From Candidatus Krumholzibacteriia bacterium (GTDB taxonomy: Bacteria; Krumholzibacteriota; Krumholzibacteriia; WVZY01): a stretch of DNA of 25,210 nt. Both the position numbers and the translations under genes were made by a program. This document shows, piece after piece, positions 1-9,182 of the stretch (its first letter is position 1; every line of letters begins with the position of its first letter). Below the pieces are notes generated by a model. It saw nothing but the letters and a program-made list of their open reading frames with translations, had not been told where the DNA came from and did not search any database. Location of the stretch: NCBI GenBank assembly GCA_036478295.1, contig JAZGDW010000092.1:1-25210 (forward strand), given 5' to 3'.

Positions 1-791
1 CCACTCCGTCCTCGCCAAAGTCCCTGACCGCTTGTACCACCTCGGGATTGCTCCGCCAGGATTTCACCGGCGTGAACCGGATTATCCTGTCTATGCCGAG
101 TGTCTCGGCCATGTGCGCGTTTCCCTCGTTGGGCTCGATGCCGATTATCTTCGACGCGCCCAGCGCCCGAGCGGTCAAAATGGTGAAGAGTCCGATGGTG
201 CCGCATCCGAAGATCGCGACGTTCTTGCCGCGCAGGTTGACCTTGGTCGCCGCGTGTACCGCGTTACCAAACGGTTCCTGGATGGCCCCCACGATAGGCT
301 TGATTTTGTCGCGATCCGTCCGCCACAACACAGCAGCGGGCAGTTTGATGTACTCCGCGAAACATCCGTCCCGGTTGAAGCCGATGATGCGCTCGTTGTC
401 GCAGACGTGCCGATCCCCACGCAGGCACTGGTGGCAATGACCGCACGTGATGTGCGATTCGGCCGCCACCATTTCACCGACCTTGTAACCGAAGCCGTCC
501 TTGACCCCTGATCCCACCGCTGCCACCTCGCCGAGCAACTCGTGACCGACGACACGAACGTCCTTCTTCTCCTTGTCGAGCGATTCGAAGATCATCGATT
601 TGAACGAGTCGCGAAACCAGATCCCGCGGTCGGAACCGCAAAAGCCAGTGTACAGAACTCGAATGATGACGTTATTCGCATCCTGCGGGTCTCTCGCTTC
701 ATCGAGCACCGGCCGCTCCACGCGGACCTTGCGCAGGCCCTTCGAGGCTTCCCAATCGTCCTTGGCGCGGTCGAACACCAGCGCCCACATT

Positions 792-802
<11 letters not shown>
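1..802 (-). CDS. tdh: Zinc-dependent medium-chain dehydrogenase, L-threonine 3-dehydrogenase-like; 3' end runs off the window
   Basis: Absent from the ORF track because it is truncated. Hand translation from ATG 802: MPDEMWALVFDRAKDD...TGFCGSDRG...GHELLGEV...ESHITCGHCHQCLRGDRHVC...QEPFGNAVHA...IFGCGTIG. Shows catalytic Zn (C, GHE), structural Zn (four Cys), a Rossmann GxGxxG and a Tdh-like EPxGNAVH. GGAGAGG lies upstream and the start overlaps the miaB end. Confidence 0.8.
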
Positions 803-2168
<1,366 letters not shown>

Positions 2169-2270
2169 ACGGCCTTGCTCCCAGGGGCTTGCGGGACATC
2201 GGCATCGTCGCGGCCCGTTCGCTCCGGATCGCCCATGGACGGCGCGGGTCCTGTCAGTGATCGGCCCGCC

Positions 2271-2396
2271 CGCAGGCGCTACGGCGTGGGTGTTCTCATG
2301 CTCAGACAGTCCTCGGCGCACGAGCCTCCTGCTCGCACGCATTTGGTTGCGCGCCTGCGGAACTCGCTTGAGAACACCCACGCCGTAGCGCCTGCG
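2271..2396. repeat. Hairpin repeat element, copy 1 (MITE/REP-like)
   Basis: Perfect 28-bp inverted repeat, 2271-2298 and 2369-2396, around a 70-bp interior. The core is shared with the reverse complement of 6742-6883. Confidence 0.85.
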
Positions 2397-3780
2397 TATA
2401 ACGCCCTTCTCTGCTATCCGCAAGCCCCTCAGCAGCGATCAACTCGCCGGCGGCGAGCAGCGGGCGGTGTCGCTCCGGCTCATCCACCGCCGTCACGCGA
2501 ACGGCACCGAAACGGTTGGCGAGTTCGAGCCGCGTCTGCACGGCAACCTTGACATAGTTATCCGTGAACCCGACGTAGCATCCGTCGCTCCGCCGCTCCT
2601 CGAACAGGACGTCCACGGTGCGGCCAATCTGCATTTCATAAAACGCCTTTTTCTTCTCCGCGGCGAGCTCGTGCAGCGCCCGGCTGCGCTCGGCAATCAC
2701 GTCACCCGGCACCCGATCGCCCATGCGATAGGCGCCTGTTCCTTTCCGGGCCGAAAAGCTGAACACGTGCACGTTGTTGAACGGCAGCCGTTCGATCAGC
2801 CGATACGTGTTGTCGAACGCGCGTTCGTCCTCGCCGGGAAAGCCCACTATGACGTCTGTCCCGAGACCGACGTCCGGGACCCGCGCGACGGCACCTTCCA
2901 TGAATTCGACGTACTCCCGTACCGAATATTTGCGCCGCATTTTCTCCACTATTCCGTCGTCCCCGCTCTGCACCGGAACATGAAGGTACGGGCAGAACTT
3001 CGAGCCGTCAGTCATGCGACGAACCAGGCGCTCTTCGATCGTGGTGGGTTCGATCGAGCTCATACGGATTCGCTCGAGCCCGTCGACGTCGTCCAGCGCA
3101 TCAACCACGTCAGCGAGCGTCCGCCCTCGTTCGTTGTACGTACCGACGTTTACCCCCGTGATGATAAGCTCCCGGTGACCTTCCGACACGAGCAACCGCG
3201 CTTCGCGCAGAATATCGTCGAAGTCCCGGCTCCGCGCTGGTCCACGGCTTTTAGGAATGATGCAAAACGAGCACACAAAGTCACAGCCTTCCTGCACCTT
3301 GATGTTGGCCCGCGTGTGCAGCGGGTAATACCCCGCCCCCTCGATCGTAAAGCGGTGGCGCGACGCCTTGCCTCGAACCACCACCGGTTCCGGCAGCTTG
3401 ACCGGATACGGAATGATATCGGCGAGGCGCATCTTTTCCGATGTTCCCACGATGTAATCGAGGCCCCTTATTTCCCGCAGTTCCTCTGCGTCGGCCTGCG
3501 CGTAGCAGCCAACAGCCGCGACGCACGCGTCCGGGTTGCGGCGGATGACGGAACGGATCAAGCGCCGGCACTTGGACGTCGCATGCGAGGTCAGCGCGCA
3601 GGTATGGATAATACAGAGATCTGCATCGTCGCTTTTCTCCACCCACTCGTAACCCCTGTCCATAAATTGACGGGTGAGCACGGCCGTTTCGGCCTGGTTG
3701 AGCCGGCACCCGAGGGTCTCGATCGCAACCCGGTAGCGCGCCGGAGAGGGGTGCCGCATCTGTGTCGTGGCGATGGTCAT
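2302..3780 (-). CDS. mtaB: tRNA t6A37 methylthiotransferase MtaB
   Basis: TLGCRLNQAE, HTCALT, GCYAQ, TRANIKVQEGCDFVCSFCIIP, RMSSIEP, HVFSFSARKGT and GFTDNY, which are MtaB-type rather than MiaB- or RimO-type motifs. Start placed at ATG 3780. Confidence 0.9.
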   Translation of the reverse strand: MTIATTQMRHPSPARYRVAIETLGCRLNQAETAVLTRQFMDRGYEWVEKSDDADLCIIHTCALTSHATSKCRRLIRSVIRRNPDACVAAVGCYAQADAEELREIRGLDYIVGTSEKMRLADIIPYPVKLPEPVVVRGKASRHRFTIEGAGYYPLHTRANIKVQEGCDFVCSFCIIPKSRGPARSRDFDDILREARLLVSEGHRELIITGVNVGTYNERGRTLADVVDALDDVDGLERIRMSSIEPTTIEERLVRRMTDGSKFCPYLHVPVQSGDDGIVEKMRRKYSVREYVEFMEGAVARVPDVGLGTDVIVGFPGEDERAFDNTYRLIERLPFNNVHVFSFSARKGTGAYRMGDRVPGDVIAERSRALHELAAEKKKAFYEMQIGRTVDVLFEERRSDGCYVGFTDNYVKVAVQTRLELANRFGAVRVTAVDEPERHRPLLAAGELIAAEGLADSREGRYTQALRRGCSQASSAGAQPNACEQEARAPRTV

Positions 3781-3854
3781 ATTTTGTATTTTTTTATATG
3801 AGAATTGGTTAGGGCTATGCGGCCCGAAGAGACGGACACGCCGCCGTCCCCGCA

Positions 3855-3863
3855 CTATAACAA
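3855..3863 (-). promoter_or_regulatory. Candidate extended -10 promoter for mtaB-miaB
   Basis: Minus strand reads TG-T-TATAGT about 75 nt upstream of the mtaB ATG. Confidence 0.4.
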
Positions 3864-3907
3864 ATCCGCCCGTGAAAAGAAAGCCCCCGGGGCGGCGAGC
3901 GCCGCGA

Positions 3908-4957
3908 TCAACCCCTCTTTGGTGTGCCGTGCTCCGGCGCACCGCGCGCAAGATGGTCCCAGCCGCCGGGCACGATACGGGTCCGCCGGCCGCGTTCGCC
4001 GAGCAGGTAGTAGGCACCCTTGCGGGCAGTGAAGCGCCCCACGACGCGGGCGGTGACACCTGTGGAGTCCTCTATTTTGTTTGCGATCACTTCCGCGCGT
4101 TTCGCATCGACACTCAGTATGAGCGCATAGTCTTCACCACCATCCATTGCGTACCGCAGCGGTACACCCCCACTCGCCTTGCAAAAGTTGTGCAGCGCTT
4201 TCGACAGCGGCAGCTGCCGGCTGTCCACCTCGACACCCGCGTCCCCGCCCTCGCAAATATGAATGAGGTCGGATGAAAACCCGTCGCTCACATCTATCGC
4301 GCCGTGAACAGCCTTTTCGCCCGTGAGCAGCCGGGCGACATCGAGCAACGGCCGTGGTTTCCGGAACGCGCGAATGATTTTGCCACGCCCGTTTCTCTTA
4401 CGTCCCCTCGCAAGAACGTCGTAGCCAGCCGCCGCATCACCGAGGTTTCCGACGACGACGACGGCATCGAGGTTCGGGCGGCAGTTGCGCTTCCACGCCT
4501 TTCCCCTCGCACATGAGCCGATGAGTGTGAGATCGCACACGATTGTGTCATCGATCCCTGATACGTTGCCGCCGACAACTGTTGCACGCCACGCGGCGAG
4601 GTGATCGCGCACGCCGCGCTCGATGCTCTTGACGTACTTGAGGTCGAGATTTTCAGGCAGGGCGAGCGCCACAAGCGCGTAGAGCGGCACGCCACCCATC
4701 GCCGCGATGTCGCTCAGATTGACTGCCGCCAACCGCCATCCGAGGTCGAAACCGCTGAGCCAATCCCTTTCGAAGTGGCGGCCTTCTACCTGAACGTCAG
4801 TAGTGAAGAGCAGATCCTGTCCGGCCCGTGGGCGCAAGACGGCGGTGTCATCGCCGACCCCGACCACGACCCCGCGCGTACCCACCCGCCTGGCGGCGAG
4901 CATGCGTCTAAATGATTGTAACAAAACGTGTTCGCCGGTCTTCAGAACCCGCGCCAA
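3908..4957 (-). CDS. thiL: Thiamine-monophosphate kinase
   Basis: GVGDDTAV, TTDVQVEGRHF, NLSDIAAMGG, IDVSDG and GGEDYAL motifs. TTG start with AAGGA upstream. Confidence 0.95.
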   Translation of the reverse strand: MARVLKTGEHVLLQSFRRMLAARRVGTRGVVVGVGDDTAVLRPRAGQDLLFTTDVQVEGRHFERDWLSGFDLGWRLAAVNLSDIAAMGGVPLYALVALALPENLDLKYVKSIERGVRDHLAAWRATVVGGNVSGIDDTIVCDLTLIGSCARGKAWKRNCRPNLDAVVVVGNLGDAAAGYDVLARGRKRNGRGKIIRAFRKPRPLLDVARLLTGEKAVHGAIDVSDGFSSDLIHICEGGDAGVEVDSRQLPLSKALHNFCKASGGVPLRYAMDGGEDYALILSVDAKRAEVIANKIEDSTGVTARVVGRFTARKGAYYLLGERGRRTRIVPGGWDHLARGAPEHGTPKRG

Positions 4958-5041
4958 ATGTGCTATCCTTTCTACAGAGGGTGATTATCTTAATAGTAGG
5001 GGATTACGCTGTCGTTTTCCACGTAAAGGAGGTGGTGCCCT

Positions 5042-5398
5042 ATGGGTGCCGAAAAAGAAATCACAGAATTGTTGAGTGGGAGCACGCCAGAGGTTCGTAC
5101 GCTGGTCGGAACCTTGAGAAAAATTGTTTCGAAGGCGGCTCCCACAGCAAGAGAAACGGTGAAGCACGGCTGGCGCACCATTACGTACGAAGATGAAGGC
5201 ATCGTTTGTTACATTACACCACTCCGCAAGCACGTCGACCTGGGTTTTTACAACGGCGTGCGACTCTCCGACCCCGAAAAGCTCCTCCAAGGCCACGGCA
5301 AGAAGCTCCGTCACGTCAAGATTTGGGAAGGAAAGGACATTCGAAGAGAGGAATTTCGGAAACTCGTGAAAGAAGCGTTTGCGCTACATCGCACGTAG
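5042..5398 (+). CDS. DUF1801/YdhG-like small protein
   Basis: AAGGAGG RBS; LRKIV..AAP..E.VK...HVDLGF..GV.L.DP..LL.G.GKKLRHVK pattern typical of DUF1801. Confidence 0.8.
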   Translation: MGAEKEITELLSGSTPEVRTLVGTLRKIVSKAAPTARETVKHGWRTITYEDEGIVCYITPLRKHVDLGFYNGVRLSDPEKLLQGHGKKLRHVKIWEGKDIRREEFRKLVKEAFALHRT

Positions 5399-5446
5399 GC
5401 ACGGGCACTTCGACCAAAAGATTTGAGAAGGGTGGGTTGTTCGTGG

Positions 5447-6010
5447 TTACTCGCGCACGAAGCGCAAGACCATCCAACTGCCCATCGAGGCGACCACCAG
5501 GAATACGCCGAGATAACCGGCGAGCGGTACCCATTCCTGACCACCGGTCGATGTGTCAAGCGAGCGCGTGAGCCGGTCGATCGCGAGCAGCAGCTGATCG
5601 ACCGCGACGGGCATACGCTTCAGGAACTCAGCTCCGAACTGCGAGACAGAACTTCGCGCTGCATCTCCCACGAACAGCAACAGAATCCCCGCACCGATCA
5701 GCGACCCGCTGATGATTCCCGGCAGTCCGCTCAACGCCGCAACCATACGCGGGATAACCGCGAGCACGCCCGCCGGGCGCCGTCTCCTGACGAGGCCAAG
5801 GCGCCGTACGACACGCCGCGCGGTCAGCGCCGCCGGAGGACGGGATTCCCTGCGCTCCAGCAAGAGCCCTTCGAGCTTGCGGTATTCGGCAAGTGACTCG
5901 TCACACACCGGGCAAGACCGCACATGGTCCTCGACCCGCGCCGTCTCGGACGCGGAGAGGTCCCCTTCGACATAGGCGGGAAACAGCAATTCTATCTGAT
6001 CGCATTTCAT
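5447..6010 (-). CDS. Zinc-binding (zf-HC2/ZAS) membrane anti-sigma factor
   Basis: MKC...YVEGDLS...HVRSCPVC (HxxxCxxC) followed by two hydrophobic segments; directly downstream of the ECF sigma gene. Confidence 0.88.
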   Translation of the reverse strand: MKCDQIELLFPAYVEGDLSASETARVEDHVRSCPVCDESLAEYRKLEGLLLERRESRPPAALTARRVVRRLGLVRRRRPAGVLAVIPRMVAALSGLPGIISGSLIGAGILLLFVGDAARSSVSQFGAEFLKRMPVAVDQLLLAIDRLTRSLDTSTGGQEWVPLAGYLGVFLVVASMGSWMVLRFVRE

Positions 6011-6046
6011 ATCATCTTCTTGCGTGTAGTACTTATTGTAACGGGT

Positions 6047-6619
6047 TCAGGGCGTCCGCACGCTCTCATTCTCCCCGGCACCCGGCTCGGTCATCATCTT
6101 CTTCAGCTCGGCTTTCGCGCGATGGATATATGATTTTACCGTCCCCAGGGGAAGCCCCATTATCTCGCTGATTTCCGCGTACGATTTTTCACCCATGTAA
6201 CGCTGTTCGAGTACCATCCGGTAACTTTCATCCAGCCGGCTCAGGTAGATCTCCAGGTGCTGCCGGTGTTCTTCCCGCCGGAATTGCTCGTCCGGCCGTG
6301 CGCCGGCCGGGGCGGCGAGTTCCATGTCCTCGACGGACTGGTGCCCGCGCCGGGTCCGCCGGTAGGCGTCGATTGCCTCGTTCTTGGCGATGCGATAGAT
6401 CCAGGACGATAGCTTCGCGTCCGACCGGAATCGGTCCAGGGCCCGGTACACCTTGATGAAAACGTCCTGTACGACGTCGTCGACATCGTCGCGGGCGCCG
6501 AGGACCCCGCGCACGGCCGCGTAGACCATGGGCTGGTGGGTTTCGACCAGTATCCGAAACGCTTTCTCATTGCCCTGCAATGATTTGGCCACAAGTTGCG
6601 CATCGTTCTCCCCTGTCAA
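6047..6619 (-). CDS. ECF RNA polymerase sigma factor (SigW/RpoE-like)
   Basis: Region 2 DDVVQDVFIKVY...FR..AKLSSWIYRIAKN; region 4 SYAEISEIMGLPLGTVKSYIHRAK. Start placed at TTG 6619 (AGGGGGA upstream) rather than 6670. Confidence 0.92.
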   Translation of the reverse strand: MTGENDAQLVAKSLQGNEKAFRILVETHQPMVYAAVRGVLGARDDVDDVVQDVFIKVYRALDRFRSDAKLSSWIYRIAKNEAIDAYRRTRRGHQSVEDMELAAPAGARPDEQFRREEHRQHLEIYLSRLDESYRMVLEQRYMGEKSYAEISEIMGLPLGTVKSYIHRAKAELKKMMTEPGAGENESVRTP

Positions 6620-6642
6620 AAGCCGGTTCCCCCTGCATATGA

Positions 6643-6669
6643 GACCGTTTCCGGAGACCCTTTGTTGCA
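6643..6669 (-). promoter_or_regulatory. Putative ECF autoregulatory promoter
   Basis: Minus strand TGCAAC-N16-CGGTC just upstream of the sigma RBS; same layout as 6938-6964. Confidence 0.65.
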
Positions 6670-6726
6670 AGCATTTCGATTATAATGGACCGGTTCGGGG
6701 AGCGGGGAAGATTTCGCGTGTCTTCA

Positions 6727-6898
6727 GGTGGGTGATGAAACGGGTGTTCTCAGGCGAGTTCTTGAGCACTGACAGCTGGCCACAATGAGCGAAATGCTGC
6801 GGAGCAGTGCGGCAGGCGCGCAACCGACTGTGTGTGAGCCAGTCAGCTCGTGCGCCGAGGACTGTCTGAGCATGAGAACACCCGTTTCATCACCTACC
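6727..6898. repeat. Hairpin repeat element, copy 2 (inverted relative to copy 1)
   Basis: Perfect 22-bp inverted repeat, 6731-6752 and 6873-6894, extendable to 26 bp with one G-T pair; 120-bp interior homologous to copy 1 plus an insertion of about 49 nt. Confidence 0.85.
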
Positions 6899-6937
6899 CA
6901 CCATATCTTGCTAAATTCTAACGACTTACAAGATTCT

Positions 6938-6964
6938 TGAAACTTTCGGACCGCCCGGGCGGTC
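6938..6964 (+). promoter_or_regulatory. Putative ECF-dependent promoter of the small membrane protein gene
   Basis: TGAAAC-N16-CGGTC, resembling the SigW-type TGAAAC -35 element. Confidence 0.65.
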
Positions 6965-7054
6965 ATAGCGGGTGAAGGGAGTCAACCAAACCAGATTGCC
7001 GGGCTGCCAGCCAAATCGCTGGTGGGCAATCGCACGAAAAAAGGAGACGTAATC

Positions 7055-7423
7055 ATGGGTGACCAAGCGATTTGGGCGAGTATTCCACTCTTGTTTATCT
7101 TCGGTGGTGTGGCGATTGCGATCGTCGCCGTCATCATGTCGGGACGCAGGAAGGAACTGAAACACAAGGAACGACTCATCGCCATGGAGAAGGGCATCGA
7201 GCTGCCGGGCGAGCCGGTCAAGCAGCAGCGGACCACCTACCTCAGTCACCGCACGCGCGGGCTTGTCATGGTGGCGGGGGGGGCCATGTTGACCATCGCC
7301 CTGTGGGCCACGGCAGGTACCGACGGTGGAGTATGGGGACTCGTTCCCCTTGGAATCGGCATCGCTTTGCTGGTTTCGTCTGCCCTGGAGAAGCGAGAAA
7401 ACCAGGACAACAATGGACAGTAA
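7055..7423 (+). CDS. Small membrane protein, DUF6249-like
   Basis: AAGGAG RBS before ATG 7055; TM helix, then HKERLIAMEKG, then two TM helices with GLVPLGIGIALL. Confidence 0.75.
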   Translation: MGDQAIWASIPLLFIFGGVAIAIVAVIMSGRRKELKHKERLIAMEKGIELPGEPVKQQRTTYLSHRTRGLVMVAGGAMLTIALWATAGTDGGVWGLVPLGIGIALLVSSALEKRENQDNNGQ

Positions 7424-7429
7424 GAGACT

Positions 7430-7474
7430 ACTGGTGGGAGGTGGAGACGATTGACCCCACCACCTCCCGCCGGT
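7430..7474. terminator. GC-rich hairpin between convergent genes
   Basis: CTGGTGGGAGGTGG (7431-7444) pairs with CCACCTCCCGCCGG (7460-7473) with two G-U pairs; no U-tract. Confidence 0.45.
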
Positions 7475-7492
7475 GGGCACGGCCGCACCCCG

Positions 7493-8074
7493 CTAGCGCA
7501 GGTTGGTGCGGTTCTTCTTTTTTATCCCGAGTATTCCCTTCTTGAGGCTCTTGTTGGGCGGCTTGGGACCGAGCCAGACAGAGAGCAACGCCCGCTGGAA
7601 ACCCTCACCCTCGATCGACACCTTTTCCGTATCATCATAGCTCACGTTCACTCGCTCGCCGACGAAGTCCAGAATGATGCTCTCACCGTCCTTCACATCA
7701 CTCATGCTCTCCTTGAAGGCGTTCAGCTCCTCCTGGACGCCGGCAGCGTCGGGAAAATTCTTTTCGAACCCTTCCTGCCAGGCCTTTTTAAGTTTGTCGG
7801 CGCCGACGTCACGAACGAAGTGCATGACAATCTTCTTGGTCCCGGTCGAGTTGATGATCGCCTCCGCGTCCTGGGACGTCTCTTCGAGGTACAAACCCAT
7901 CGCATAGACCTTGATGCCGAGGAACGTCGCCTTCCGTAACCCCATCCCGTTGAGTACCAGGTCTGTGCCATCGAGCGAGACTGTCTCCGGCATTTCCACA
8001 CCACCGCGCTCCGCCGCGTAAGAAAGCTCCGGCAAAAGCGCCATTGCCACCAAGAAACAAACCACACGCTTCAT
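7493..8074 (-). CDS. Exported chalcone-isomerase-like fold protein
   Basis: Signal peptide; LVLNGMGLRKATFLGIKVYAMGLYL and F.RALLSVWLGPKPPNKSLKKGILG motifs; GGAGG RBS. Confidence 0.85.
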   Translation of the reverse strand: MKRVVCFLVAMALLPELSYAAERGGVEMPETVSLDGTDLVLNGMGLRKATFLGIKVYAMGLYLEETSQDAEAIINSTGTKKIVMHFVRDVGADKLKKAWQEGFEKNFPDAAGVQEELNAFKESMSDVKDGESIILDFVGERVNVSYDDTEKVSIEGEGFQRALLSVWLGPKPPNKSLKKGILGIKKKNRTNLR

Positions 8075-8270
8075 AGCCCCCTCCTTGTTGTTGAAACAAG
8101 GCTAGCACAACCGGAGCGGTCCGCCAACATGACGAAGGTCAATCATCCCGCGAGTCTTAAGGGCCCCGGCGCCGCGGGTACGGCCGCCGGCCACGGGACA
8201 GGTGTCAAGCCCAACCGCAGCACACACTTGCAAAATCGCCTCGTTGACGCTACAGTCATTTCGGAGCGTC

Positions 8271-9182
8271 ATGCCGGACTATCGCCGTATCCTTGTTATT
8301 TTCAACCCCGCTGCCGGGCAGCGCAAGCTGAGCAACGTACCCCGCCGCGTCGACGAATATTTCACGCAACAAAACCTGGATTTCGAATTCCGTGAAACGG
8401 AGGGCGCCGGTGACGCGCTGCGCTGGGCCCGCTCGGCGCACGCCGAAGGATTCGATCTGGTCGTGGCCGTGGGTGGCGATGGAACGGTTCGGGAATGCGT
8501 GGACGGCATCATGCGGAGCGGTGCGCAGGTGCCGCTGGCGCAGATCGCGACCGGGTCGGGCAACGTCACGGCGCGCGCTTTTTCCATACCCGTAGACCTC
8601 AAGAAGGCGCTCGACCTGATTTCGACGGGCCAGGTCAAGCGGTTCGACGTGGGGTATCTGCCTGAACACGACCGGCATTTCGTGTTCGTCGTGGGAGCGG
8701 GCTACGACGCGCGGTTGATACACGACACACCGCAGCACTTGAAGAAATCACTGGGGTTCTTCGCTTACCTGCTGGCGGGGGCCAAACATTTCTTTACCGT
8801 GCGTCCGGTCAAGGTCGAGCTCGAGTTGGACAACAGGGTGCGGCGCATCAAGGCTCACACCGTTATGGCCATCAACATCGGCAGCATTGCGGCCATCGAT
8901 TGGGCCGTCGCTCCGGACATCGACGCCCACGACGGCAAGCTCAACATCATGGTAATGTCCAGCCGCTCCTTCCTGGGATCGATCATCGTGCTGTTGAAGA
9001 TCCTGACCAAACGCTACCACGGCTACGGCGACCTCAAACACTTTCAGGCGGAACGTATCCGCGTTACGGCCGACCCACCGCTGCCCGTGCAAATCGACGG
9101 CGAGGCGCTGGGCACCACTCCCTTTGTCGCCCACATGATTCCGGACGGCATGCCCTTCGTGGTTCCGATTGATTATAAGTGA
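8271..9182 (+). CDS. Diacylglycerol-kinase family lipid kinase (YegS/DgkB/BmrU-like)
   Basis: NPAAG, GGDGT, GSGN, GAGYDA and QIDGE motifs; GGAG upstream of ATG 8271. Confidence 0.9.
   Translation: MPDYRRILVIFNPAAGQRKLSNVPRRVDEYFTQQNLDFEFRETEGAGDALRWARSAHAEGFDLVVAVGGDGTVRECVDGIMRSGAQVPLAQIATGSGNVTARAFSIPVDLKKALDLISTGQVKRFDVGYLPEHDRHFVFVVGAGYDARLIHDTPQHLKKSLGFFAYLLAGAKHFFTVRPVKVELELDNRVRRIKAHTVMAINIGSIAAIDWAVAPDIDAHDGKLNIMVMSSRSFLGSIIVLLKILTKRYHGYGDLKHFQAERIRVTADPPLPVQIDGEALGTTPFVAHMIPDGMPFVVPIDYK

Noticed and set aside
2169..2423. N-terminal extension of the miaB ORF in the track, and similar extensions for mtaB (to 4059), polX (from 15900), FKBP (to 22094), the sulfotransferase (to 20805) and the sigma (to 6670)
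   Set aside because: Longest-ORF artefacts; family homology, signal peptides or RBS placement point to the downstream starts.
3781..3830. preQ1-I or SAM-II/V riboswitch upstream of mtaB, suggested by the A-rich tail
   Set aside because: The required stem and loop consensus directly before the A-run is absent by eye; a cmscan would be decisive.
4958..5041. TPP riboswitch upstream of thiL
   Set aside because: No CUGAGA motif and the intergenic region is short.
2271..6898. Repeat copies as CRISPR repeats, tRNAs or the ends of one composite transposon
   Set aside because: No repeat-spacer array, no tRNA T-loop or cloverleaf consensus, and only housekeeping genes with no transposase between the copies.
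6724..6966. 80-aa ORF sharing the peptide GVLMLRQSSAHE with ORF 2175..2552
   Set aside because: The shared peptide is just translation of the non-coding repeat core.
8092..8121. Third ECF promoter candidate TGAAAC...CGGTC upstream of the lipid kinase
   Set aside because: Spacer is 19 nt rather than 16.
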